This document shows positions 1 through 14,284 of a stretch of 64,000 nt of DNA, in pieces. The notes beneath the pieces are model-generated. The model saw nothing but the letters and a program-made list of their open reading frames with translations. It ran no database searches and was not told where the DNA came from. Positions within the stretch are counted from its first letter, which is position 1. The number at the start of each line of letters is the position of its first letter. The position numbers and the translations under genes are program-made. The stretch is taken from NCBI RefSeq assembly GCF_009914755.1, contig NC_060929.1; one strand, written 5' to 3'. Source of the stretch: the human T2T-CHM13v2.0 reference genome, Homo sapiens.

Positions 1-3000
1 TCAATAAATTATCAAACCAGCTATGAAAATGGTAGGCACATTAAATAGTATACTGATATATATGACACCATGGCATAATCAATTTATATTATGATTATGC
101 AAAATAAAAACTCCAGACATATGATCTCTAAATGTAATTTTGAAAACAGAGTTGGATCAGAATTCACTAGCTTGTTTCCTGAATTCTAGTCCTAGTCCTT
201 AACCATTATGCCTTGGGGTAGTGGCCTCTATGGAACAGTGAAAATGAAATTAAGATTCCCTACTGATATATATCCTAGAAAGAGAAGTCAAGAAATGAAA
301 CAGCTTCCTTCACTTCAGAAGACCCATCGATTTTTTTTAAAAAATTCTTATTGTTTCAGGAGAGAATCTTGGATTTTAATTCTCCTTATTCTCTTTTAAT
401 CTTTTAGCAGTTTAAGATTCACATGGCAAGTACTTCCCCAATAAACAATCTATGTGTTTTGAAATCGTCTTTATTCTTCAGATAGTGAAAAGAAGACTCC
501 TAAGAGGCTTATTTGTCAATTGGACTGGATGTTAAAACTCAGAAAAAAGTAGACACTGAACTATTCACTGCACTGTAATATATGACCAACTCAGTCATCT
601 ATGGAAAAAATAAATTTAGCTCCATTCAAATATTAAATCCTAATAATATTGGGCAAGATATGGAATATTAAAAGACTTAATTTTGGCTTCCATCATTATT
701 AATGCAAAACCAAACCAATAAAACATAAATTTGGTTTTAAAAGATATTATTTTGATTACCACATCAAATCTGCATGTATATATTTCCAGAGTTTTTGTGA
801 TGCAATGCGGGGAAGGAGAGAGAGAAAGAAAGAGAGAGAGACTCTTCTAACCAACACTCATGATCATGGAGAGGTGAACATAAAAATCCCTTCAGAAGAT
901 TGCAGTTGTTCTAGGTGTAATAATATCTTGAAACATGCACATATCATGTAACTCACTTGTATAGCTTTCTGGCACACAAATATTTGATGTTAAGAGATCA
1001 CTTTCATTTGTATTGTTTTAGAACAATCGTAACGATTAAAAACTTTTATCTTTAGTCCTTTATTTTGTAGCTTTTGCTTTTGACTAATTCATATTAAAAA
1101 AATAATAAAGACAAAAGTCATGTAGTGATAATGTTTACTTACTTCTTCTGTGGATGATTAACAAATTAAAATTCATGGATTTATATAATATTTGGTGGGG
1201 AAAAGGAGATTAATATTATAGTAAACCCTTAAATGTGTTTAAAATCTATGACCATTACTTTTGATCCACATACATACCAAAGTTTCTTTAATCCTTTTTC
1301 TTTTAATTGAAATAAAAGAAAAAAATCCTGAGTTTTCAAAACTAGATTACTCTTCTATGTTTCTTTAGCAGCTATAGTATTAATATTTAATGAAGTTAGA
1401 GTTCTTACCTTATTAACAAAAATGTTAATTTTGTTACTAAACTTATAGATGAAATACCAATTAAGAGTCAATAGTTGAAGATGTGAAGTAATAGATTTAA
1501 TCTCCACATAACAAAACAAATAAGTACTGAGTGCAAATTTTAGAACTCATGACAGCACAACAGCAAAATGATCACATTATTAAATAAGCAAAGATGCAAA
1601 TATAATAAATACTTTTCTAAACACATATCAGCAATCTTAAGGTAAATTGGGATATGACTGTAGTAAATACATAATTAATCATCCTTATGTAACAAATCCA
1701 CAGAATGGCAGATACACTAAATAAGTCAGGTTAAGAATTTTTTAGTGATTCATAGAACTTATGGTATAATGTGGCACAACTAGGGTAACTAGTCAACTCT
1801 CAATCTGATGTTTAAATCATAAAATGCTGGTTTATAAAACAATAATAAAAAATATCTAAAGATATATACTATTCTCCAAGTCATAGTCAAGATGCAAATG
1901 TAAGTCAATATAGTTTAATATGTCATCTCCTTTTTATGTTTTAGACAAGCAATTATTCAAGTATCTATTTGACATTTAGAACATTACTAGGTATTGGAAG
2001 CCTATAGAGTTTTTTACTTAAGAAAATTTATCTTTAAACTTCATTTGTCTTTTTTTGTTTTTCATTTTAAAAATTAGCTTTAACTGTGCTATTTACCTAC
2101 CCAGATTCAGTCTGAGACAGATGTTTTCAACAGTGCTTTGTGCCTTATTTACTTTATTCAGTAGAGAATTCACAGGTAATTATTTTGTGTAATAATTAAT
2201 ATTCTCCTCCATGAGCTTTTGTGTCTTCTCCTTTTCTCAGAATTTATCTTCACCCAGATTAAATAGAAGTCATTTCTTGCTTTGTATGTTATTATGACAT
2301 ATTCCAGAAGTTCGTCAAATTAGAATAGTAGATTTGTCATACTCGAAACTGTGGCAGCTGCAGTGAGGTAAACCATGGCTAATATAACATATTAGAGGTA
2401 TTTTAACATTCTTTAGGAGGATATATGGATGGTGTTATGACATTAATTTTAATATTATTAAAATTTTAATTATTATTTTAATTTAATATATATCATTTTT
2501 AAAATTTTCTATTTTTTTATTGACTCTTGGGAACTTGCTGCCCCTTATTCCCTAGTTAATGCACACAAACAACACATGTACAAATTTATGGCAAGGAACC
2601 AAAAGCATAAGCAACTCAAGCCAATCACCCTTATTTTCACATTGTGTGCTTCTATCCTATGGGCATTTATGACTATGTGGAGTTGGAACTTATGTTGGTG
2701 ATTTTTATGAAGCATACACAGAACTTAGTATTACTTGCAAACAGCCAGATAATTCCCTGTTGCCATATCTGTATTCAAGTAATAAGTCTTTCATGTCGTT
2801 GCACACAGACCTTCTTGACTTCCAGAAAATCTCATCTGAACAAACTTGCAAGTTATTGAAACAGGGGCTTCATAATCATACAATTAACAATTATACATCT
2901 ATAAATTCCTCAAGTAAGAGAAAACACCCTCATAGTAGGATCAGAGAACGACAAGAAGACAAAGCACCAGTGCAAATCCATTGCCAAAACGCTGAGTTAA

Positions 3001-4443
3001 AGACACTCAAAACTGGGGTATTTACCAAACATGATATGGAAAAACAAATACGTTTCTGACCTGTTATATTTTGAAAGTCATTTCATTGAAAGGGAAATTA
3101 TTAATGAGGAGTTAATACGGCCTCCTGCTAGAATTAATAGGAGACTACCATCACAGCTACATCTAAGAAGGCATTGATTGTTAACTTGTTGTCTCATGCA
3201 TATGTCCACGCCAGCTCCAGAATCATTGCATTTTTATGGGAATTTCAAAAAATTTTCAAAAAAAATTTCTACCATTTCCCAATGGTAGAATGCCTCCAAT
3301 AATGAGCACAGATATGCAAACATATTTTTATTATCATCAAATGCTGAAGACCCAGGAGTGCTTCTTGGGGTGCTGAAGGACTGCAAAAATGATCACTGGA
3401 TTATTTAAATGATACCAGTTCAGCAAAATCTCTTCAAAGCTGCTATATTTATGGTGTGTGTGTATTCATCTATGTTTCTGTCTGATATATTATTTTCTTC
3501 TCAATCTAAGCCAGGCAATCTTATCTCATTATGAGTAGTTCTGGTCAGAAAGCATCCCTGGAAATTTTATTCAGTAATGCATTTTCCCTACATAGGAAAT
3601 GTTTTGTCAACTAAATTCCTAAAGCAGCATAGAAAGGGAAAATTATATTATCACCAACTCCTTTTAATTCTCTCTTCATAATGTGTTAAACTGAAAAGGC
3701 TTCTCAACTCCAGATTATGGGAGTTGAGAAGATGATAAATTATGGTAGTTATTCTTGAGAAATAATATCAGAAATAACATCACAAGGTGCACTTTAATGA
3801 CTTCAGAAATCAGCCTCCAAATTTTATAGGCATCATTTGCAGTATACAGCAACAAGTTACATCACACTAAGACTCTGAGGTAAGAGAGATCATGAAAATC
3901 GTCAGTGTTTTACATAGAGACAGTCATCAGCCTTGCTGGCATGGAGAAAACCAACAGGACCTGGAAAGGACAAAATCTGCTTCACGGTGCAGGAATCAAG
4001 GTAACAAATAACCTTGCTGCTTGGACAGTAATTTCACATTCTTTTCTACAGCATAGATACATTAATATATCCCTGCCAATGCTTTCAAAACTCTACCATC
4101 TTAATCATATGTTTGGATTATCGTCAGAAAAAAAAACAATTAATAGATTGAAATCAAAAGTTTAAAAAGCCAAAGAAATCAGGAGTTTTAGTTTTTTAAC
4201 CATTATCACATTAAAAAGCTCTTGTGTAAAGTAGCAAAACTTCACTCTGTTATCAGATAAAAGTGGCCAGTCATTTCGTTCAGACCTGAATGGGTGTCAG
4301 GTGTGAGGGTTCTACATAAACGAGGCCCTTTACCTCCCATTCCCGTTCCCTCTCACATCCCATTACCAGACCATTTTGTGCTCCAGTCATAGCAAAAAAG
4401 TTTCTGTTCCTGAACTACTTCTCATTATTTCCTGCACAATTGC

Positions 4444-4945
4444 TTGCATTCATTCTTTCATGTATCCAGAGCATATTAAAAGCTCACTTAGGCAAAGAAA
4501 AGTGCTATGTGCTAGGACGAAAGTGATAGAGCCAGAAATGGATCGAACTTCATTGAGCCTGAAACCTATTTCAAATGTTTCGATGTATCTGCAAATCTTT
4601 TTTTCTCCTTCTGAAATATCTTCCTGTCTTCTTTTCTGCCTGATAATCTCATCTGCATATCTTAAGATGCAGGCCAGGATTATCTCTTCTTTGAAGACTT
4701 TTTATATCATCCTTTAAAAAAATTAAATTTCTCTCTACGTATTCTTATTAACTTTTGCACAGGCCTCTTTTGTAGTTTTCCACCTATTACAGAGAAAATA
4801 TTTGTCTATGTTCAGACTCTATCTGCACCAGACTACAACCTCTCAAAAACAAGAACTGTGGCTTATTCATCATGTGCTTTGCAAACAGTTGATGTTGAGG
4901 TCAATTTTTTTAATGAATAACTCAAAGAATAAATAAATGAATGAA
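4444..4945. mobile_element. L2 LINE 3'-end fragments (one minus ~4444-4550, one plus ~4640-4945)
   Basis: 'cattcattctttc...gtgctatgtgctagg' and a terminal 'aataaataaatgaatgaa' resemble the L2 3' terminus; highly diverged. Confidence 0.5.
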
Positions 4946-5120
4946 TTGGAAACATAGAGCCTATTAAACCTATTTCCTAGTGAATGTCCAGCATTCAATC
5001 TGAACTTGAACACACATCATTATTAGAAGACTATTTAATGATCTTGATGTGGGCAGAGCATTTCTATGGAATTTAAACAGTGGAAAAGTCACACAAAAAT
5101 AAATCTGATCCAATGAAAAC

Positions 5121-5615
5121 TGTATTAGTTATCTGTTGCTGTGTAACAAATCACCACCAGCAGCTTAATACAACTTCCATTTATTATCTCAGTTTTTACT
5201 GGTTAGGAGTCCAGGCATAAAGCAGCTCCTCAGTTCAGAGTCTAACAAGGCTGCAATAGAGTTGTCATGTTGGCTGTGTTCTGGAGCTCGTGGTGCTCTT
5301 CCCAGACCACACAGTTGCTACCTGAATTCAGTTCCAGTTGATTGTAGGACATAAGTTCCCATTTTCTTGCTGGGTATTAGCTAGATTTTACTCGCAGCTC
5401 CCACATGCCAGTAGTAATTCCTTCCCAAGTGTTCCTCTAAGAGGCTCTCTTACAACACGGCAGCTTACTTCAAAGCGACAGGGAAGCTCCCACTCCAGTT
5501 TGCTAAGGGGAAGTATTATATAATGCAATATACTTCCACCACCTTTGTCATATTCTATTAGGAGAGAATTTTATAACAGCATGATTCAGCAAAGTTCACT
5601 TTAAGGTATGCCACC
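5121..5615 (-). mobile_element. MaLR solo LTR, MLT1E/F-like
   Basis: Begins 'tgtattagttatctgttgctgtgtaacaaatcacc...catttattatctcag', the reverse complement of the MLT1 3' end. Confidence 0.75.
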
Positions 5616-5695
5616 GTAAAACTTTTAAATTAAATTTTAAAAGTAGAAATCATCACAAATAAAAGAACATAATGATTGGAGAAAATACCAATATG

Positions 5696-6034
<339 letters not shown>

Positions 6035-6689
6035 TCAAAATATCCGACTTCAACTCATTACCAATTCATTAACAAAATAATGACAAGTAAATCAATCACT
6101 CTATCTTCCGAATTGGAAAATTTTATTTAATTTTAATCCTAATGTAGTACTCAGTACTTTTGAGAGGAGAATAACAAGATGGGCACTTCCATATACCATT
6201 TGTAGAAGTGCTTGCCTTATAGAAAACAGAGGCAAAAAAAAATCAGGCTTTATTTATCTTCTCCATTGCCCCATCAGAGCTATCACTGCAATGTAGGAAA
6301 ACCATGTGGAAATTCTTTAGGGCTGTAAATTGGTGTTACAGTCTGTTAAGCTTTTGAACATTCTGCAAGGCTATTTTAACTGGTAATTATCAAAAGGGAG
6401 CTTTCTATCTCCAAGAAATGGAAAGCAAATGCCTTTCCTGAATTTGTAAGTGTGACAGAATCTGGGCTCTGCGTTTGCCAGCTGCAGTGAGCTACAGGGA
6501 AATATTGTAGTTCAAGATGTAGGGCCTTGGAACACTCAAGTCACCTTGAATTAGGACCTGATGGCTACACCCCAGAGTAAGGGAGACTCAGAAATAGATC
6601 TCATCCAACAATCACTAAGTCTTGAAGATTCCATTTGCTATGTACTTCTTGAAACCTTCCATTATTTCTTGCACACTACCAGATTTTCA

Positions 6690-7275
6690 TGACCTCATTT
6701 CTGGATTACTACAGCCACCACTTGTTAGTCTTCTTGTCTCCAATTTTATTCATTTCCAGAATGCCAGCAGAATAACCTTTGGGTGTCCTCCCCAACTGAT
6801 CTCACCATCTGAATTCTTCATGTGCCTGTAATAATTTAGTCCTATGAATAATTCTCCAGTTCACCTTCCACCATTCTCCTTCCTTCCTTCTCTTCCTTTC
6901 CTATCTTCTGACTTCTTCATTTATTATTCTTGGAACAGAAGATGCTTTTTTGCCACCAGGCTTTTGACATGCTCAGCCATCTACATGGCATTGTCTATTC
7001 TCTCCACCCTTTACCTCGATATTTCTTGTTCTTCCTTCTCATCTAGCTTTGACATGCTTTTCTCATGACTGCCATGAAGTCTCTCCTAACCATCCATGAA
7101 TGTACCAGACTATATGTATCTATCATAATTTCCTCAATATATTATTAATGTCCCTTGTTGTAGGCTGTCCTGAGGGCTCTGTGCAAAAAAACTTTGTGTT
7201 TTCATTGACTTCATTTCTCCAACCCAATGTTTAGCACTTAGCATATTTAAATAAATATACAGTAAATGAATAAAG
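6690..7275 (+). mobile_element. L2 LINE 3' fragment
   Basis: Pyrimidine-rich L2-like body ending 'ttagcacttagcatatttaaataaatatacagtaaatgaataaa'. Confidence 0.6.
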
Positions 7276-8864
7276 GATCTAAATATTTAGATGCCATGCT
7301 TTATATCTTAGCATTTCAAGGGCCAACCTATAATTGTTCATAAAATAAGTGATTCCAGATCTCAGAATGTAGAATAGATGTCCCCTCTCAAGCAGCTCAC
7401 TGGCTAGTTAGGTTGACAGTTTAAAGTGGGCACTAAAACTTCTAGAGCATCCCCACCTAGAAAGCTGGGAAGAAAAAGGAAAACCTGGGGCATATCTCAG
7501 CTATGATTTTACAGCTCATTCCATCACAGATGGCTTGGGAAGGCACACCCCAATGTGCTCCCGCTTATATTTCCTTTCATCCATAAAAATCATCATCCTA
7601 CCTTTATGGCTATCTCCCCAGGGGAGGTCCTGTAAGGATTCATGCACTCATTTTTGCAAACTATATATTGGTATTTTTTGAATGGAGATACTCTATGAAC
7701 ACAAAATGTTTTTTGGCATTAGTCCATATGCCCTATCACAGCCCAACCTATTTGATTCTGTGCTACCAAACAGCTGCCGGCACCCACCAAGAGCATCTGG
7801 TTCTATTTCCTGTTGGCAAGGGCTCCATTAGCAGTAAAACAGCTAATGCCTTTTAGATGGCCTCATGATTACAGCTTTTATTGGTATCCTAGGTAATTGA
7901 GTTAATAAATTTAATTGCAAGTCCTGATACTTCCTCCCACCTGCCTCTACTCCTTTCCTAGCTCCTCTTTGTCGCCTCTCAAAAAAAATAAAAATAAAAA
8001 GCAAAAAAACCATTAATAAGAATATGCATCTAATAGGACAGGTGACTTCACAAAACACTTCTGAATGACTTCAAAATGTCACTGGGCCCACCCCAGTTTG
8101 TTTATAGCAGCATGCAGTACCATGACTCACATTTACTACCCTCTTCCTTTCAAGCTAATTTATAAAACTGTCCACACTACATCGAGCAATACCCAGAGTA
8201 TATAGTGTATTGCCACAAAGATTTCCAAGGCAATATTTATAGTTGCATGGGAGAATATGGGTACAGGTTTCTGGATCTCTCAACTAATAATTCACATACT
8301 ACATTGTAAATCACGATGAAATATTACATATTACACAATAAAACAACAACAGAGAAGAGACAATTGAAAACTGAAATCTTCTCTTGAGAAACATTTTTAA
8401 GATCTTGCTGAAAGACTAACAGATCCTGGATTGCAAAATGTATTTCTCTCAGGAAGACAGTCTCCTGGATGGCTCTGGGTATTTTTTTGTTGTTATTACT
8501 CTTAGACGTTTGCCAGGTTTACCACTGGCTAATGTTATACGCCCAAATGGCTCTTTGTGTCCCTAAATTAAGTATTTTACCCCCTTATAAAAAATGCATT
8601 ACCCTCATGTCTGCCTAATTAAGAGAGGTTGATGGAGACATTAGAGATTCAGATGTTCAGTGTCACACTGTAATATATGCCACCAAACATATTATTCAAA
8701 TTGCTTTCATGCCTAACTCCAGCTCAATGACCCTTTAAATCCCTTCTAATGATCATCAGGCTCTTGGATCCTGTCTTTCTGCTCTGTGTAGTTTAATTCT
8801 CAGCATTCAAAATACAAATTCAAATCAGAGGTGGATATGATATCCAAGAGAGCATAAGTAGTTA

Positions 8865-9275
8865 TTTCCACATATTAAGCACTTCACAAATATCATATTT
8901 AATCCTCACATCCCGTAAGGCAGGAGTTGTCAACCAGGGGAAATTTTACCCCTGAGGGTATATTTGGCAATGTCTAGAAACATGTTTGTTTGTCATAACT
9001 AGAGAGGAACTACTGGCATCCAGTGGGGCGAGGCTAGGGATGCTGCCAAAACCTTATAAACTACAGAATAGCCCTTATGATAAAGAATTATCCAGCCCAA
9101 AATGTCAATAGTGGTTAAGAAACCCTACTACAAGGTATTGTCTTCATTTAATAGAAGAGGAAACACAGGCTGAGAAGTGATGAAGAGCTCGCCAAGCTTT
9201 GCTCAGATTATAAAGGGCAGAGCATAAATTCAAATCTAGATTTTCCTAACTTCGTAGTTCAATCTCTTTCCACAG
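8865..9275 (-). mobile_element. MIR SINE interrupted by MER20
   Basis: 'tttaatcctcaca' on the left of MER20 and the core 'gaggaaacacaggctgagaagtg...aaattcaaatctaga' on the right. Confidence 0.7.
8921..9127 (+). mobile_element. MER20 hAT-Charlie DNA transposon
   Basis: 'caggagttgtcaaccagggg...tttggcaatgtctag...ctactggcatccagtgggg...ccaaaatgtcaatagtg...aagaaaccct' matches MER20; degenerate 8-bp TSD ccgtaagg/ctacaagg. Confidence 0.9.
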
Positions 9276-10916
9276 GGCAATGTAGCTTCGTAGAGCTTTG
9301 GGAAACCAGTAAGGAAACACGGAAGTTAAAGCCAGTATTTCTTTAACTGCTAAACACCCCAAACCACATTATGTCAAGAGAACAGTTTTTGTAATCGTCA
9401 TCCAATACGAAAATAACATTACTGTAATCATTGCAGAAGTCCGCCGCAATCTGCCACATAGGTTGATGTGTGATGCTTCTGGCTACAAATTTCCACTTGA
9501 GGATGCCATAGTGGCCCGTCTACAAAATGCAGATGTGTCAACAGAAGGCCTAATTGATGGATAGAAATGACTCTGCAATGGAAATTTAGTGTTGTTAAAA
9601 TGGCAAAAAAAGAATGTGATACACCAGGGTATAGGCTGAAAGCATAGTAAAAGATGCTAAGCCATAGCAAGAGCCAGAGGATGTCGTGGGAACGATTCCA
9701 AGGAACCTGTTACAGGTTTCACATAGAGAATTCTGGAGATGACCGATTTTGTTTGTATCATCAAGGCTTCCCCGTAAATTCACATTTTATGTTTATATAT
9801 ATGTTTTTATTTCTTAATACTTTTTGCCATACTTAGGAAAAAGAGAATCCATCACAAAATCTAACTTAGGATGTGAAAATTAATAAATTCATTGTTTAAA
9901 TTCAAATATTTGTTTTATGAAATGTTTTGTTTTCTCTTTTCAGTTAAACCCAGATGTTTTCAATGCATGCCAAATGCTTCTTCATGCTTTCTTTAACTTA
10001 TTTGCATAATTTATTTATGTTAAACAAAAAAGACTTTCCAGAGTTCTTGTTTTTCATTTTTTCCCATAATTTGTATTCTATGGCCATTCAGTGTACCTAA
10101 AACTAAAAAACAAGCAATTGTTTTCTGCGTTGTCCTCCTTTAGAGTTAAGATACCTAAACCCTGGTAATTTGATTGGATTGGGAAGATCGTTGTGGGAGT
10201 GGAAGAAGGACAAGATTAAACCAGTCCTGAGACAGGTCTCCAACAGGGAACAAAGGAAAAGAGATAACAAACCAAAGCACACCCAGATCAAAGACCAAGG
10301 ATAATCCAGAGGCTCGTGTAGCAAGATGAGGGCCAGAAAACAAGGAACCAGATGAAAACTCAAACCTGAAAGGGAGGCTGACGAACAAAATCCACAAAAT
10401 CAGGTGAATGCAGTTAAAGACACAGGCGGATTTAACATCCAGGTGTAGCCAGGACTGGGAGAATTGTAAAATAGAGGAGCTTGAAAAACCTTTGAGCTGC
10501 CTTTGTTCTAAATCTGAAAACTGAAGCCCATTGTTCCCTCATGTTGCACTATAATGAGTGGCGAAGGTAGATCTTGAATCCAGATCTTCTTTCTGATCCA
10601 GTGTCTTAAAATCAGGAAGAAAGTTGCTCTGAAACATTCAAGCTTTCTAAACTACCTACTCAGAGACCTGTGCTGCTCCCTTAATTGCTCATGATGGCTA
10701 AAAAACTGCATTCCGACCCCCTTCAGTTCCATACCTGTGTGCATGTCACGATTTGGGGCTTGACTCTTCTGCCAGATTCGGGCTTAGTGTCAATTCCTTA
10801 GTCCTTAGCTGTCCTCTTGGCTTTCACAGCTTATGGCTGTGGTCTCAGACCCTTTCACTGAAATCCGTGATTCCCTGGTCGCAAACCACAGACTTCCACC
10901 AATCCCGGAGTACTCT

Positions 10917-10935
10917 TCTGCCACCTAGGGGCAAA
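10917..10935 (-). promoter_or_regulatory. Candidate CTCF motif
   Basis: Minus strand reads GCCCCTAGGTGGCAG, one mismatch to the CCACTAGGTGGCAG form of the CTCF core; motif match only. Confidence 0.35.
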
Positions 10936-11919
10936 ATGCAGTACTACCTCAGCTGCTCTGGGACGCTCTACTACACAGTAATTAATACTGTAGATATTCA
11001 TGAAATCTTTTACTTCCCAACCAATTTTTCCTCATATTTAAAGCAAAACAAAAAAGTCCATCACTTTTTATTGACACTGTTGGTAGTCATTAAGGATAGA
11101 CTTTGACTCTTTACCAAACATGCAGTTCCCAAAGAATCTTGGGATTTCTGTTTTATCACCAGGTATTTTCAAAACCATAACACCCCCCCTCCAAATTTCA
11201 TATGATATAAGGGCAAAACAGTTTTGCATGTTCTGTGTTCATAGCTAGAATTAAAGTGGATCTGAAGGGAAAGAAAGCTACAATGCCAAAGCTTGCTTGT
11301 TAATAAAATGATAACAAGAAGAGAAAATGCCACCAGATTTAACAATGTCACCTTCATACTAAACCAAAGTATTACAAATATTACCTTCTGGGCAATTAAA
11401 GCAGGTGGTTAAGGTTGTAGGGAAAAACATGGAATGCATCTTTCTCTTTCTCTCTCTCTCCATTTATGTATACATAAAAATATGCATATATTTTTAAAGC
11501 GGAGCATATATGATCGGGGGAAGAAGATAATTCAATTGCACTGACATATATATCCACATATCTACTTCTATTTTTTTGAAATACGGCAGTGGCAATATTA
11601 GACAAAAATATTGCGAGGTTTTCAAAGTAGTGAAAATAATGGTATCATTTTTTAAGAGCCACCCTATCTAAAAATCAAATATGTGAATCAGATAAAAGTT
11701 TAGATTAGTTTCTAACTTCCACCCTATCCAGACCTCTCAGGAGTTCTCTGGAGCTGTGGGAATATCTCCAAGCACAGATGGCAACCACTGATGGGGTACA
11801 AAGCCCAGGTTCTAAAGTAAGACAGACCTGGGAATGAGTCCAAGTTATTAACTATGTGACTTTGAGGAGGTTGTCTCTCTTTGTGAGAATCATCCACAAA
11901 AAAACAGCTAGAAAGACCA

Positions 11920-12290
11920 AGTCTTTATGTTACAGCTTACACTAAGCTCTTGTTGAGACAGACTTCCCCTGACAGAGTTCCCAATGCCTTTATGTCTCAG
12001 TCCTATGACTTTCCAAAACTCATATACCCAGGAAACATGAAGAGTCTGGTATATAAAACCACCTGCCTAGACCCATCGCTTGTCTTAGAGAGAGTCAGAG
12101 AATATGCCATAGGCAGATTGCATAAACCGTTGTTTGTAATCCAGCCTCAAGACTTTGGCCCTGAGTACAGTTGCTGAGTCATTACTCCTTTTGTCACTCC
12201 CATCCTTCTGCAGGGTTCTTAACAAACCCAAGAACCTCACTCATACTTGTTTGAAAACCCCATGTGTTTTCTGTTGGTAATTGTATCACA
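11920..12290 (+). mobile_element. Probable ancient ERV LTR fragment (family not determined)
   Basis: TATA-like 'tatataaaa' at ~12050, LTR-like composition and a terminal '...tgtatcaca'. Confidence 0.35.
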
Positions 12291-12507
12291 ATATCAGACA
12301 GTATAGAATCAATCAGATGACCAGAGGAGAAACAGTCCAAGCACCCCAAATAAGCCAAGACAAAGACTTTCTAATAAAGACTTTAGACAATGTGATCTCT
12401 ACTATTCTATAAGCGCAACACCATGGAATACTAATATAACAAGTTATCAGTTAGGATGGGAAGAAAAGGTAGTTATATGTGTCTACCAGTAGCAACTCCT
12501 CATACAT

Positions 12508-12857
<350 letters not shown>

Positions 12858-13964
12858 TCTTCATAGGTGGTTCTTTGGCTAGTTCCTATTCTTGTCTTGA
12901 TAATATAGTCAGTTTTGATTTGAAAACTTATCTGTGTACTCCACAAACAAAGCAAGCTTTAAAGAGAGAAATAGAGGAAAAATATCATGGCTCATTTTAA
13001 TTTCTGACTTCTTGGCCAGCTCCTCACTTGAGTCATTGGTATAGAAAGAAATGTGTATTGCTACATAGAGAAAAATATATTTTTCTTTGACTAAAATGTA
13101 AGTTATTTCCATGGATGATTCCAAAAGTCCCTCTAACTAACTAGATTCTAAGAAAATATAGCAATTTTTTTGTGAGGGGCATAATAAAGATGATAACAGG
13201 CTGCCCTTCCTTACTTTTGGTAGATGTCTATGGTACTTTAGGCTAACAAATAAAACAGTACCAACTTTATGGAAGACTTGGTTTAGGATCCGATTGGTTG
13301 TATAACACAGAGCTTTTGGATATTCATAAAACAAATCAATTCTACTGAAATATATTACTGAGGGTTATTAATGTTTGTGTTACTTCTGCTAGTGGGAATT
13401 ATAGTTTGTTCAAATGTGCATATATATATATATACATGTATACCTATGCACACCCTTACACAACCTTTAAGCATTTTTCTCTTTCACCAGCAGAAATACA
13501 ATTTCTGTTACTACAAGCAACATTTAACTACCACCACCCCATATCAATAATTTTTTAGTGTACAAAATACCAAAAGGCACAGAAAACTCAATTTCATTTT
13601 AAAAGCCCAAATATACACTCAGATGTGGAGTACAACCTTAGTATTGGCATAGGTAGCTGAAAATGCATCCAAATGACAACATAAAATATGTCAAGAGTTA
13701 CCAAGTAGATCATCCCTTTGATTTATTTTACCCTCTAGGTATAAAACTATCAAGTTACTTGATGTAAAGCCCAGTGGCTACCAAAAACTATACATATATT
13801 CTTCCTCATTTAAAAAAAAATATATATATATATAAATATATATATTAGAGTAAGTAAAATGCGAAGACACAGTATGTAGCTTGGGTTTGAAGCCTCCAGT
13901 AAAACAACAGATCCATATGGACTGCTGGAGAGTTATACAGTGTTTTAGTGAAAAGACCTGGTGT

Positions 13965-14085
13965 GATAATTACCTCATTTTACAGATGAATAAACTAAGA
14001 CCCCAGGTCATAATGTTATTAAATGGCAGAACTGGGCAAGAACTAAAATCTTCTAACTTTTACCCCAGTGTCTTCCTATGATCCT
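13965..14085 (-). mobile_element. MIR fragment
   Basis: MIR core 'cattttacagatgaataaactaagacccca...aaatggcagaactggg'. Confidence 0.75.
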
Positions 14086-14284
14086 TCAACAATTACTTCC
14101 GCCCATAGAGATTACTTTTTTCTTTATTGCCATGAACTTATGAAATTACAGATTGTGGAATTATAACTCATTTTTCTTAGCTTCTTTAGTGAGTTAGATT
14201 AAAGTTAAAACCCCTGCAAAAGAGAAAAACAAGTGATTCTGAGCATTCAACAAGGAAACTATAAAAACCACATACCTTATAAAC

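Noticed and set aside
2760-3059. 99-aa ORF, and similar 60-120 aa ORFs in unique DNA
   Set aside because: Mostly non-ATG starts, no recognisable domain, and lengths expected by chance.
3905-4006. Possible exon ending at 'aag|gtaaca'
   Set aside because: The donor is weak and no convincing acceptor pairs with it.
10100-10460. Purine-rich block, possibly an ancient LTR or exon
   Set aside because: I could not assign a family, termini or splice sites.
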